DNA from: a virus
Lineage: Duplodnaviria; Heunggongvirae; Uroviricota; Caudoviricetes
Direction: 5' to 3' (one strand)
DNA length: 64,000 nt
Virus record (IMG/VR): IMGVR_UViG_2617271072_000004
Location: 32,726 to 96,725 of that record
In this document: positions 53,612-64,000 of the stretch, in pieces
Position numbering within the stretch: position 1 is the first letter of the stretch
Layout of the letters: every line of letters starts with the position of its first letter
Notes under the pieces: model-generated
What the model saw: the letters and a program-made list of their open reading frames with translations, nothing else
Told to the model about the DNA's origin: nothing
Database searches by the model: none
Translations under genes and position numbers: made by a program

Positions 53612-54391
53612 ATGAAATTATTTAATGTAATAACATTTTGTTGTGCTATTTTTGCTGGAAGCGCGATAGCTGATAATAAATTGCCAGATTGGCTTTCTAC
53701 CTCAAAGAAAGATTATGATTTAGTAAGGGCATTCTATTTGTCTGGATTTGCTTCGAAAGCAATGAACAATCAATTTGGTTATCATTTGCCATCTGAGTTG
53801 GTTAATGATTTTAAAGATAATGAATTTGCTGCTCAGGAAAAATGGAACACAATTCCAATTGTGTATGGTGAAATAAAATCCATAAGAATGGTGAATAATA
53901 AACCAATTGTAGAGTTATTTACTCCAGGGGAAAATGCAACGCCACTAAATTATATCAAATTGAAAATATTGGATTCAAAGCAAGACTCTCTGTTAAAACT
54001 AAAAAAAGGGGATGATATATATGCAGTGTGCTCAGGTGCTAATTTTAGCTTAGTGCCAATTCTGAGCAACTGCACTCCTGCAACAGACGTCATTGATGCT
54101 GCACTCTCTTTTTCTGGTGAATATATGTTCCCTGCTTTTGATTCTTTTTCGCCTACTAAGCAAAACGTCAAATATATATTCACAAATCAAGATCCTGTTC
54201 AGATGATGAATTTTATAGGGTACCTATCCTTAGTCGATACAACGAAGGATAAGAAAAAAATGGATATGGTTCGTAAGTGTACGCCTTGGAAGCCGGAATG
54301 TTCACAACAATTCGTTGATGTAATGGAAGGATTTGATAGCATCATGTATAAATATGAGGGAGAATTTAAAAATTACATAGAATTAAAATAG
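53612..54391 (+). CDS. secreted/periplasmic protein of unknown function (259 aa, cleavable signal peptide), AT-rich
   Basis: MKLFNVITFCCAIFAGSAIA then polar mature region with several Cys; own terminator. Confidence 0.6.
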   Translation: MKLFNVITFCCAIFAGSAIADNKLPDWLSTSKKDYDLVRAFYLSGFASKAMNNQFGYHLPSELVNDFKDNEFAAQEKWNTIPIVYGEIKSIRMVNNKPIVELFTPGENATPLNYIKLKILDSKQDSLLKLKKGDDIYAVCSGANFSLVPILSNCTPATDVIDAALSFSGEYMFPAFDSFSPTKQNVKYIFTNQDPVQMMNFIGYLSLVDTTKDKKKMDMVRKCTPWKPECSQQFVDVMEGFDSIMYKYEGEFKNYIELK

Positions 54392-54421
54392 TATTTGAAA
54401 GGATAGTCAATTTAAGTTTAA

Positions 54422-54450
54422 AAAAAACGCCCATTAAAGGGCGTTTTTAT
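54422..54450 (+). terminator. intrinsic terminator (A-run, CGCCCattaaaGGGCG, T-run)
   Basis: stem-loop flanked by A8 and T5. Confidence 0.6.
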
Positions 54451-54577
54451 TGTTTTACTCAAAACAACCTGATTATGTGATAACCATATCATATCCCTCA
54501 TTCCACCTACACTGATTACCCCCCAGACAACAATATTCCTACTCAATGAACAAATGACTACTCGTAGAATCGGTTAA

Positions 54578-55168
<591 letters not shown>

Positions 55169-55178
55169 GGGGGCTGAT

Positions 55179-55790
55179 ATGGGGCTTAATGTTGCTTCAG
55201 TAAAGTCTTATGTATCTTCGGCATTAACGACGACATTATTTGGCTCCGGCGTTGGTGAGCGGGAAGTTGGTAAGCTGACGTCAATCATCATGAACAAAAT
55301 GCTGTTCGCGCAAGGATGGCAGTTCTCTGTCGAAGTTGATGGTCTGGAGGGGGCAGACTTCTTTGCTAAAGACATTACCTACCACGATTACAGCATCGAA
55401 TATGAAACGATTAAAATCGGCGGAGGGAATATCCTTCAACCAACGGAGCGTTCGCCAGGGCAGATAACAATGATGGTCAGGGATACCGTTGATGGCCTCG
55501 TTTTGGACTGGTTTAAGACGGCAAAAAGTCGGGTGATTAATCCAGACGGTACCGGGAATATACCGTCTAAATATTTGCTCAATGTGCGTATTTATCGGTT
55601 GCTGTCTTCCGGCTTAACCAAACTGGAAAATGAGATGACTGTATTCCCGGTCACTACCGGCGATGTCACCTATGCGCGGGATCAGGTTACGGAATTTAAG
55701 TCATTCCCAATGACCTTCGCATTGCACAGCACGTTTAACCAATCCTCAAGTTCTTTGGCTTCCCTTCTGGGCTTTAGTTTTTCTCTTTGA
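55179..55790 (+). CDS. hypothetical tail-module protein (203 aa), possibly tail tube
   Basis: ORF; assignment by position only. Confidence 0.4.
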   Translation: MGLNVASVKSYVSSALTTTLFGSGVGEREVGKLTSIIMNKMLFAQGWQFSVEVDGLEGADFFAKDITYHDYSIEYETIKIGGGNILQPTERSPGQITMMVRDTVDGLVLDWFKTAKSRVINPDGTGNIPSKYLLNVRIYRLLSSGLTKLENEMTVFPVTTGDVTYARDQVTEFKSFPMTFALHSTFNQSSSSLASLLGFSFSL

Positions 55791-55804
55791 ATTAAGGAGC
55801 AAGG

Positions 55805-56743
55805 ATGCTTTTACCCCTTTTCCCGCTACCATCGCGGCCAACTGAATTGATCCAGTTCCGTCAGCCAAATATTGCTGATGCGATGCGTTTCAACTCGATA
55901 ACACCGGAGGAACAAGAACAACAGACAACGGCGTATTTAAAAGCCTTGCTGGCTGAACCCGCGAAACATGATCCCCTGACATGGACGGCGCAGGACCGGA
56001 TTACCGCGTTATGGTGGATATTTACCGGCTCCCGTGAAACACCGGTCGAGACATTCACTTACACCTGTAAACATTGCGGTAAAGAGCATTATTACGATTG
56101 CGATATGAATGCTCTGGCTGAAGATATCCAGGTCCTGGAAGTGGAACCTTTCATTGACGATATTGAGGTGTCTGTAGAGGGAGTACCTTATCAATGGCGT
56201 ATCGTGCCGCTTGATGGTTGGGCAATGGAAATGCTGGAGATGCGCCGTGCAGCATTGCCACCTGAAGACGACGCGGAATTCAAAGAAGCGATCGTTGATT
56301 TGCGTTTTTGGGAATTCGCTTATCAGTGTGAGCTTTATAACGATGTTAGCGGTACTCGTGAAGATCAGGCTGAGCGTCGTTATGAAACGATTAAACGGAT
56401 GGCCATTGATACTGAATTTATGAAGCTGGCGGCACACATCCGACTGGCTCATGAAAAGCTCGAACATGGTTTACCGTGCTACATCGATAAAGGTGAAATG
56501 CGTCTTCGTCTCCCGCCGCATAAATGCCCAAATCAGGATAAAAAGGAGTCCACAGAGGGTGCGTATACCCGTCTGTGGGTGCCTTTCGGGCTACCGACTT
56601 CATTCCACAGGTGGGGATTGAAAAGCTATCAGACCTTAGTGTCCAACCTGGTTTTGTATGGGGGTATACCGATTCAGGACGCTGAAAGGCTTACTGAATC
56701 CTATGCGTTTTTTCCTGTTGGAGAAACTGGAAGAAAAACTTAA
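55805..56743 (+). CDS. hypothetical tail-module protein (312 aa)
   Basis: ORF with RBS AAGGAGCAAGG. Confidence 0.5.
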   Translation: MLLPLFPLPSRPTELIQFRQPNIADAMRFNSITPEEQEQQTTAYLKALLAEPAKHDPLTWTAQDRITALWWIFTGSRETPVETFTYTCKHCGKEHYYDCDMNALAEDIQVLEVEPFIDDIEVSVEGVPYQWRIVPLDGWAMEMLEMRRAALPPEDDAEFKEAIVDLRFWEFAYQCELYNDVSGTREDQAERRYETIKRMAIDTEFMKLAAHIRLAHEKLEHGLPCYIDKGEMRLRLPPHKCPNQDKKESTEGAYTRLWVPFGLPTSFHRWGLKSYQTLVSNLVLYGGIPIQDAERLTESYAFFPVGETGRKT

Positions 56744-56767
56744 ACCGAAACGGTAGGCGATAAGATC

Positions 56768-59700
56768 ATGGAAAGAAAAAAACGCCAACATTGACGATGT
56801 TATAAGGACAGTTGAAACCGCCAGTGCAAAAGAGCTGGAAGAGCTTGCAGGTATCCGGGAAGCTGTTGAAGATTTGAAAGGGGGACGCGTTGCAACTGTT
56901 GATCCTGTCTCTCGCAGTGTGTCGGCATTAAATCGCACAATCGAAAATTCCCGGCCAGACTTTGTGGCCAATGCGCCATCAGTGGACCCTATTGTTGAGG
57001 CAATGAAACGGCTTAATTTAGGGGACGTTTCTCGTGTAGTTCAGGAAGATGTTGCTCAACAGGAACAGCGGGCCAAATCAACCACACCAAAGGGTAAAAA
57101 ACGACGCAGGAAGGCTATACCAGAGGATGTAAAGGCACAACGGACCGAAGCAGCCGAACACGCTCGCGAAATGTTCGGTCAAAAAGGCGGTGCGCAAAAA
57201 AGCCAAAACCAACGCGATGCGCGTGGTCGTTTTTATTGGAAAGTCAGGGAGTAAGGCCGCAGCGGAAGATGCCCGTGCTGAACGAGCAGAAAAGGCCAGG
57301 CGAAAAGAGGATGATGAGCGTCTAAATGCTGAATCAGGTTTATTAAAAAAACTGTCAAAAGTAGCTGAAGGCATAGGTAACCCTTCAGAGACTCGTGCTG
57401 TCGATGCGTTAGGTTATGCCGTTGCAGGTCCATTGTGGGCAGCAGGGAAGGAGCTTGGCGGGATATCAAAAGAAGTTGGCGGATCGCTTAATGGTGCCAG
57501 AAAGTCTATTGCCGATGTGATTCGTGGCAATGACGATAACAGCCGTAGAAAAGGTTTTTTTAGGCGTAAATCGCAAAATAGTGCCGATGTCGTTCAGGTT
57601 AACACCCAAAAACGGACGGTTCAGGAACTTCAGGAGCAGACCAGCGAAATTAAAGAGGGCAATGACAAGATTCTCAGCGCCCTTGATCAGATAGCCAAAA
57701 ACACCGGGAAAAAGAAGGGCGGCTTGCTGTCCAAACTATTTAGCCTGTTAGGGAAGGGGGCCGGTGGCGTCGCGTCGTTGTTAATGGGGCGTGGCATGCT
57801 GAAAAAAGCTGGAGCACTCGCTTTTGGCGCTCTGGGGGCAAAGAAACTTGTAGGAATGCTACGCGGTGGTGGCAAGAAGACTCTCGCTCATGAAGGCGGA
57901 GATTTGGCTGCCCGGGCAGCAGGTAAACTTGGATTAAAGGCAGTTGGTAAAGGGGCGTTACGCGCAATTCCCCTAGTCGGCACAGTGGCTGGAGGTATTT
58001 ATGATGCGGTAACCGGTTGGAATGATACAGAAGCGCAACGTCGAGCGTTTTGGGCTTAAATCAGGACAAGATCCATCATTCCAGCAAAAAGCCGCTTATA
58101 CGTTAGCCAATGTTCTTGATTTGGGGGGACTGGTATCTGGTATTAGCAGTGCTATTGGTGATGTTCTCAAATCACTTGGATTTGAGGATATCGGCAATAT
58201 GTTGCAATCATTTTCGACGGAAAGTATTGCCCAGGCCATTGATAGCGGGGTTACCAACTTAGAAACATATATTTCTAACCTTGGCGACACCATTTCTACC
58301 AAGTTCGATGATTACACAGCAAAGATTGGTGATGCTGTTTCAGCATGGTTTAGCGATACATCTAATAAGTTGCTTGAAAAGCTGGATGCCATAAAAGACT
58401 TCTTTACTGTCGATAACCTGAAACAGGTTTTCAGTGATGCAATTGATAGTGCAATTGACTTCATTAAGAACCCAGGGAAACACATTAAAGAGGCGGCTGG
58501 TAATATTTGGGATGGGGTTAAAAATTTACCCGGTAAAGCATTAGATGCAGCGGTTGATGCCGTTAAAAATACCCCTGCGGCAATGATTGTATCAAAAATA
58601 CCCAATCCGATCGGCGAGGCTAATGCAAAAGAAATCACTCCAGAGTTAAAAGCTCCGGTTAATAGCCACCAGGAGACATCTGATTCTAAAACTGAATCCG
58701 ATGCTAAACAGACTAATATTGCTACCCGCGTGATAAATGCGGCACTGGACACGGCGAAAGATAGCAATAAAACAGTTAAAGAAACTGCCAATCAGATTAT
58801 CAATGCAAATGCCGTAGAAACGGGCAATAGCGCGGTGCGGAAAATTGATTCAGCTATTGGACAAAATAGCTCGTCATCATCGTCGCGTAATACCACCGGC
58901 ACTGGGAATGACATTCAGAAAGCTGCTGATACCTACAATAATGGCAACTTAGATGTAAAAGTCGGAAGCTTGGCGCTGAAGGTAAGGCAAATCTCGATAA
59001 GTTAGCTCCGTATTTTGCTGAACTAGAGAATAAATATGGTCTTCCTGAAGGCACTCTTTACGCGATTGCTGCAACTGAATCTGGTGGTAATCCATACGCA
59101 AAATCCCAAACTGGTGCTCTAGGAATGTTTCAGTTCACGGGCATTGCTCGTGAAGAGACTGGCTTAGCTGAAGGTGAATCGTTTGATCCTGTGAAATCGG
59201 CAGAAGCTGCGGCTCTTCTCATGAGCAAGTATCTGAAGCAAGCCAATGGAGACTTAAACGAGGCCATCACTGCATATAACGCTGGGTTTGGCACTATTAA
59301 TAAGTGGAAAAAAGGCACCGGTGACTTATCGAAGGAAAACCGTGAGTACGCGATCAAGGTCAATACTCATCGTGCTCGCTATTTAGGTGGTGAAATCTAT
59401 ACACCTGGGGCAGGAGCACAGGGTGGGGCGCAATATGGAGTGAGGGGACAACTGCCTGATAACGCCGTTATCGATCAGTCTACTGGTCTGGCGTTTACCC
59501 CTGGTGATAGCCCGTTTGAGAAAGGCGGTCTGGTAGACAAAATCGGCAATGCTGTTGGCGTTAACGATCTGGTCAACAAATTCATGAATGGCCGGGGTAT
59601 GCGTCGGGAAGTCGTTCAGGGAACGCTCGAAGAACGTGCACGAGGGAAGGGGACCGCAACAGCAGCTGGCAATGTGTATGTTGATACTCCGATGCCAGTT

Positions 59701-60162
59701 GAAGAGGCGCGTCCGGTGGCCAGCAACTCAAGTTACTTTGACCAACTCGGCGCACAAATGGGGATTGATGGACTATTCGATAAACTCCGCAACTCGCCGG
59801 GGATGCGGAAAAATAATGCGCCTGAACCAGCCTCCACGTCCCAGGTGACGACTGCCGCCAACGATTTGCAGCAACCAACCGGTCGTATGCAGATAGACGG
59901 GCAGGTTATTAGTGACCTTGGCGGTTCCGGTGCCAAGCCGACAATGCAGTTGGCTGATAATACCGTTTCACTTGATGGTGAAACGAAGCGGCTGTTTGCG
60001 CAGATGACCTCATTGCTTGCCAGGATTGAAGAGCACACCAAAGACTCGGCGAAAGGCCAGGGAACTGTCGTAAAGGTCAGCACGCCTCAGCCGGGCGTTA
60101 TGCGCACGGTACCACTGTCAATTGATGATCCGTTGATGAATGACTACGCGAGAGTTGATTGA
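56768..60162 (+). CDS. sit: tape-measure-like protein with lytic transglycosylase (SLT) domain, Sit-like (about 1130 aa); frame broken at least four times (about 56780, 57200-57250, 58040, 59010-59120)
   Basis: Collinear ORFs 56874..57254, 57190..58059, 58022..59005, 59125..60162; SLT motif ...ESGGNPYAKSQTGALGMFQFTGIAREETGL at the 59-kb junction. Confidence 0.7.
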
Positions 60163-60518
60163 TGGCCAACAATAACGAAATTGATCCTTTGCTGACGCTG
60201 GAGTTATCCGGCGTAAAAACGTATGAGTCCCAGGAGGAGGCCTGGGGCGCTCGTTTATATGAGTGGCTAAACACTTATCAGGGTGAGGTATACGGAGATC
60301 CGTCATGGGGCAATGTTTTACCGCAGTTTAAACACGAACCGACCAACTTGTCGCATGTTCAAATTGCGGTTGAGGCAATGCTGTTGCAAAAACTGACGGT
60401 AGATTTACCTGACATACCGATTTCTGGCTTGTCAGTAGCCGAGGGAGATGCTTTTGATAAGTTGAAAATATCCATTCGTATCATGGATATAACTATCACA
60501 CAGGACGTGGTGCTATGA
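60159..60518 (+). CDS. hypothetical tail protein (119 aa)
   Basis: ORF overlapping neighbours by 4 nt. Confidence 0.5.
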   Translation: MMANNNEIDPLLTLELSGVKTYESQEEAWGARLYEWLNTYQGEVYGDPSWGNVLPQFKHEPTNLSHVQIAVEAMLLQKLTVDLPDIPISGLSVAEGDAFDKLKISIRIMDITITQDVVL

Positions 60519-61948
60519 GTAAAACAACACCGACTAAAGACAGTATTCGTGCAGAGTTTGAAGAGCTTGTCGAGAAAGATTCATTCTGGTCGAAGTTTGT
60601 CGGCTCTCAATTTGTCTCGATGCTGACATTGTTTATTACCCAGATTGTCTACAGGTGCTTTCAGTATGCCGATGCGGCACTGGCTGAAGGCTTTATATCG
60701 ACCGCGACGCGGCGTTCCTCTATCCTGGCAGCGGCAGAAACGAATAGTTACGTTGGTACCAAGCCAACACCGTCATCCGGGATGGTTGAGATCACAGCCA
60801 CAAGTGAAGATGCTCCAGCGGTAATCCCCAAAAACACGCCTTTAATATCTGACGACCAGTACCCTTACATGACTATGGATGTATGCAGGTTGGTTGACGG
60901 CACCGGTACGGTAGAAGTGGCACAGTTGGAAATCCAGGAGGTGACATATACCGTTACGGCAGCCAAAGAATTTCTGGAAGTCGTGTTATCAAAGGCTCTC
61001 ACTGCTGTCTGCTATAAGCTGGAAGTATTCGTGACGACCGATGGTAAGACCACGCAGTGGTCTTCCAGCACAATGTTCCGGTTAGCTGGTAGTAAAAGCC
61101 AGGTCTACGTTGAGTTTTATAAACCATCCGAACAGTTGGGTGTTCGATTCGGCGATGGGCTAATTGGGCAAATACCGCCAGAAGGCTCGACAATTACGCT
61201 TAAGGTATGGTGCACCAACGGCGATATAACCCTGGTTGCTGGCCAAAACCTGACGCCTGTCGATTCTGCGGCTAATTTAGCTAATTTGATTTCAGTTAAG
61301 ACAACGACACCTATAACCGCAGGTACCGATGCTGAAACAACGGAGATCACACGTAACCGTGCACAATATTACCTTGCCTATGATGATCAGGTTGTATGGG
61401 GCGGGGACTATACGTATTTTCTGGTTCGTAACATCCCGGGGCTGTCCTGGGTAAAGGCATGGGGCGAAGGCCAGCAAGAGAAATTAGATGGTGCTTATAA
61501 TGTTCAGAATATCAATAAGATATTTATTTCAGGATGGCATCCAAATAAAAGCCAGTCAGAGCTTGAAGAAATGATCCTGACTGCCTTTAAGAAGGTACCG
61601 AATGAACTGAACAAGAAATTCTCTTATAAAGAGGTCAGAAAACTACCATTTAAGATAACCATCACCGGACGGATATCGGCAAGCCTGACCATTGAGAACG
61701 TGACCGATGAGCTGAAGTCGGCACTGGAAACAAAATTTGGGCGCGACTCAACTTTCTTTGATCCGAACCGCGTCGGAAAGTACATCCTGATTAAGAAAAA
61801 AGACGTTTGGGCGTTTATCGAAACGTTGGGCTATTTCCGCGACTTTTATCTGGAGTTTGTCGAGTGGAATGAGTCCAACGGCTTTTACGATTTCGTTTAT
61901 CTGGATACAGGAAACTCCACCTTCAATATTTCGTATGAGGAGGAGTGA
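60515..61948 (+). CDS. baseplate-like structural protein (477 aa)
   Basis: ORF; position before tail-fibre genes. Confidence 0.5.
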   Translation: MSKTTPTKDSIRAEFEELVEKDSFWSKFVGSQFVSMLTLFITQIVYRCFQYADAALAEGFISTATRRSSILAAAETNSYVGTKPTPSSGMVEITATSEDAPAVIPKNTPLISDDQYPYMTMDVCRLVDGTGTVEVAQLEIQEVTYTVTAAKEFLEVVLSKALTAVCYKLEVFVTTDGKTTQWSSSTMFRLAGSKSQVYVEFYKPSEQLGVRFGDGLIGQIPPEGSTITLKVWCTNGDITLVAGQNLTPVDSAANLANLISVKTTTPITAGTDAETTEITRNRAQYYLAYDDQVVWGGDYTYFLVRNIPGLSWVKAWGEGQQEKLDGAYNVQNINKIFISGWHPNKSQSELEEMILTAFKKVPNELNKKFSYKEVRKLPFKITITGRISASLTIENVTDELKSALETKFGRDSTFFDPNRVGKYILIKKKDVWAFIETLGYFRDFYLEFVEWNESNGFYDFVYLDTGNSTFNISYEEE

Positions 61949-62337
61949 TGCAACGTTCCTGGTTTAATAACCGGCTTACATCAGCTAAGCAAAAGTCATT
62001 GCTCTATAAATCATTGGCTGATTTGGTTCAGTCAATGATGGACACCTTTGTTGACCCATGGTTGGAGCGAATTACCAACCGGAAGTCTATTTTCTCCATG
62101 AGCAAGGAGGATCTGGAGACCAGGACAAATGAACTTGGCCAGTTTTTTACTATCAGAACGTCGAATTCATCTTCCGTTCCGATGTTGTTACAACAGCGGT
62201 TTGATGAGATCCATTTTAAGGGTACTGAACGCCCTATAAACCAGACAATTTATCGCGAATTTAACGGTATATCGGTTTATGGGATCCCATATATGCTCCG
62301 GTGGACTTTGAACGTCATCCCTATGGCACGGTCCTGA
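61945..62337 (+). CDS. hypothetical tail protein (130 aa); overlaps next ORF by 37 nt in another frame
   Basis: ORF. Confidence 0.4.
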   Translation: MMQRSWFNNRLTSAKQKSLLYKSLADLVQSMMDTFVDPWLERITNRKSIFSMSKEDLETRTNELGQFFTIRTSNSSSVPMLLQQRFDEIHFKGTERPINQTIYREFNGISVYGIPYMLRWTLNVIPMARS

Positions 62338-62783
62338 TTCCAGAAAGCACACTGGAAACCACCGGCGGCACATTCGGTGAGATGTTTCTGACTTCCAGAG
62401 GAATGATCAGTATTCCCATAAACGACCTGGCCCGGACAATGGGTATTACTGGAACGATAGATCAGTCCGCAATTACAGAAGAAATTCTCAGAAAGTTTAA
62501 TCAGTTCGTAAAGCCTCTACTGCCACTGCATATAGTGTTTGATGGGCTTACGCTCTATTTGTCGGTTGTTGTAAATGAACAGGCCGACATGATCACTTTG
62601 AATGAGATTTCTGATACCGAAAAAGCATTCTGCTGGTTTGAAACTTCGGATACAACTTCGCTTACTGAAGTTACGTCGATTAACGCCCCGATCACTGCAA
62701 CGCCGGGCGGCACTATTGTGAAAGCAACGCCTACGTTTGATCGCACCCGCGCAGATGATTTGCTGTTGGATAGCGATGCGTGA
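62301..62783 (+). CDS. hypothetical tail protein (160 aa, GTG start) or 3' part of previous gene after a frameshift
   Basis: ORF; no clear RBS. Confidence 0.4.
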   Translation: MDFERHPYGTVLIPESTLETTGGTFGEMFLTSRGMISIPINDLARTMGITGTIDQSAITEEILRKFNQFVKPLLPLHIVFDGLTLYLSVVVNEQADMITLNEISDTEKAFCWFETSDTTSLTEVTSINAPITATPGGTIVKATPTFDRTRADDLLLDSDA

Positions 62784-62861
62784 CAATCACCCCGTCCGCA
62801 GGGCGGGGTGACAAGTTACTTATCTTACAATGAGGCTTCACAACATTGATTAGGGAAAATC

Positions 62862-63296
62862 ATGTCTGACGTCTCAACAAACCTCTATAAGAGTCAGTTG
62901 TTGGACTATTACTATCAGCGGCGCGCTGAATCGTCCATTAACAAAGGCTCTCGATTTTTAATCAGCAAGGCCGTTTTCGGTACCAGTTCACTGGTTACTA
63001 AGAAAGGAGATGGCACTTATGAGATTGGAGAACTGCCAAAGGCTTTCGATCTGGCAGAACTGACCAGTCAATTTTGCACCATCAACCTCGTTCCAACCTA
63101 CTCAGGCGGGATAATTACTGTCCGAATGGACCTTGATCAAAGTCAGTTGCAGGAAGGGAAAAACTACCCATTCAACACTCTGGTTGTTCTGGATAACGAG
63201 AATAAGCCAATCGCCATTATTTGTGTCCAAGAAGACTCGCTGTATGTGGGCAAAACATATACCGCAGTTATGGCCATAAACTCGACTACAGCATAA
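62862..63296 (+). CDS. small tail-fibre-operon protein (144 aa)
   Basis: RBS-containing ORF directly upstream of tail-fibre gene. Confidence 0.5.
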   Translation: MSDVSTNLYKSQLLDYYYQRRAESSINKGSRFLISKAVFGTSSLVTKKGDGTYEIGELPKAFDLAELTSQFCTINLVPTYSGGIITVRMDLDQSQLQEGKNYPFNTLVVLDNENKPIAIICVQEDSLYVGKTYTAVMAINSTTA

Positions 63297-63307
63297 GGAT
63301 ATGCTTG

Positions 63308-64000
63308 ATGAATGACGTTACAGTTGTTACATCGGTTACTTACCCATCACCCGAGTCGTTGGCTCTGGTGGCTGATGTGCAATACCACGAACCATATCTG
63401 TCAGCCGCTCTAAACCGAAAATTCAGGGGAATTGTTGACCCAGGATTTTATGCTGGTTTCTTGCCTAAGCCTGGCGGTGGAATGAACCTGTTAATCACCT
63501 CAGTGGATGGAGATAAAACCGCTGGCGCGGCGTCAGTGGATATTGGTGAATTCTACCAGGTAACTATTCAGCATCGTAAGGATATCTCTCTTGCACTTAA
63601 CGCAGGCAAGAAATATGCAATTGTGCTGAAGGGAAGATACCTTCTTGGAGAAGATACCTATCAGGTGAATACCGCGTCACATATTCATGCAGCTGAATTT
63701 GTTGCCAGAACCTATACCGATTCATATCAGTTAGGTGATGGGGAACTGCTGGTTTGTACGGTGAATATCCCTGCTGGCGTATCTACCATTACTCAAGAGA
63801 TGATTGATACATCCGAGCGTATCAACCGCACGATCGGCATTGATATTTCAGACTCTGTAACCAGTACCAGAAGTGATGTTGCTGCGAGTTCGCTGGCAGT
63901 TAAAAAAGCCTACGATCTGGCGAAAAGCAAGTATACGGCGCAGGATGCAAGCACAACGCAAAAGGGATTAGTTCAGCTCAGTAGTGCCACTAACAGTACG
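63308..64000 (+). CDS. tail fibre protein, N-terminal 231 aa (3' end beyond window)
   Basis: Open frame from ATG 63308 to window end; ...TQKGLVQLSSATNST resembles conserved tail-fibre N-domain motif. Confidence 0.6.
   Translation, partial: MNDVTVVTSVTYPSPESLALVADVQYHEPYLSAALNRKFRGIVDPGFYAGFLPKPGGGMNLLITSVDGDKTAGAASVDIGEFYQVTIQHRKDISLALNAGKKYAIVLKGRYLLGEDTYQVNTASHIHAAEFVARTYTDSYQLGDGELLVCTVNIPAGVSTITQEMIDTSERINRTIGIDISDSVTSTRSDVAASSLAVKKAYDLAKSKYTAQDASTTQKGLVQLSSATNST

Noticed and set aside
57233-58791. Minus-strand ORFs inside the sit region (57233..57469, 57687..57875, 57740..57967, 58096..58302, 58312..58791)
   Set aside because: Antisense to the collinear Sit-like reading frames

Overview
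The window reads as a large contiguous part of a P1-family phage-plasmid (a temperate myovirus maintained as a plasmid), not an integrated lambdoid prophage. Assignments rest on motifs read directly from the translations plus recall of the P1 gene order and proteins; no database search was possible, so all family names are provisional. Left to right: partial coi and the C1 repressor (+), then a long minus-strand block with terminase pacB/pacA, lpa, the phd-doc addiction module, a LexA-boxed humD, hot (theta homologue), many small unknown genes, tandem Ead/Ea22-like paralogues, a PAPS-reductase-like gene, ASCH-like, HAD-like, a coiled-coil protein, a GT-A-like glycosyltransferase and a lambda-type phosphatase (ppp). 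A plus-strand baseplate block (22.1-26.9 kb) follows, then a GT-B glycosyltransferase, the DnaB-like helicase ban, three tRNAs (Ile-CAU, Thr-UGU, Asn-GUU) in a repeat-rich non-coding stretch, the fused C5-cytosine/N6-adenine methyltransferase dmt and the RdgC homologue hrdC. After that come a PAAR-like gene, a spanin-like pair, the plasmid replicon (DnaA box, GATC cluster, incC iterons, repA, incA iterons), parA-parB-parS, head/sheath-like genes, kilA-repL, the immI region (icd, ant), an AT-rich islet with a secreted protein, and tail genes including sit and the start of a tail-fibre gene. A 17-bp motif matching the P1 C1 operator consensus (ATTGCTCTAATAAATTT) recurs at least 11 times and maps the repressor regulon. 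Many conserved genes are broken by frameshifts, most at homopolymer runs, which looks like sequencing error rather than decay; affected genes are listed as merged spans. Best candidates for undescribed cargo: a GIY-YIG/T5orf172-like gene inserted between incA and parA, the AT-rich secreted-protein islet where I recall the sim locus in P1, and the enzyme cluster around the PAPS-reductase-like gene. Hand-derived coordinates (tRNAs, operators, small ORFs, corrected starts) may be off by 1-2 nt.
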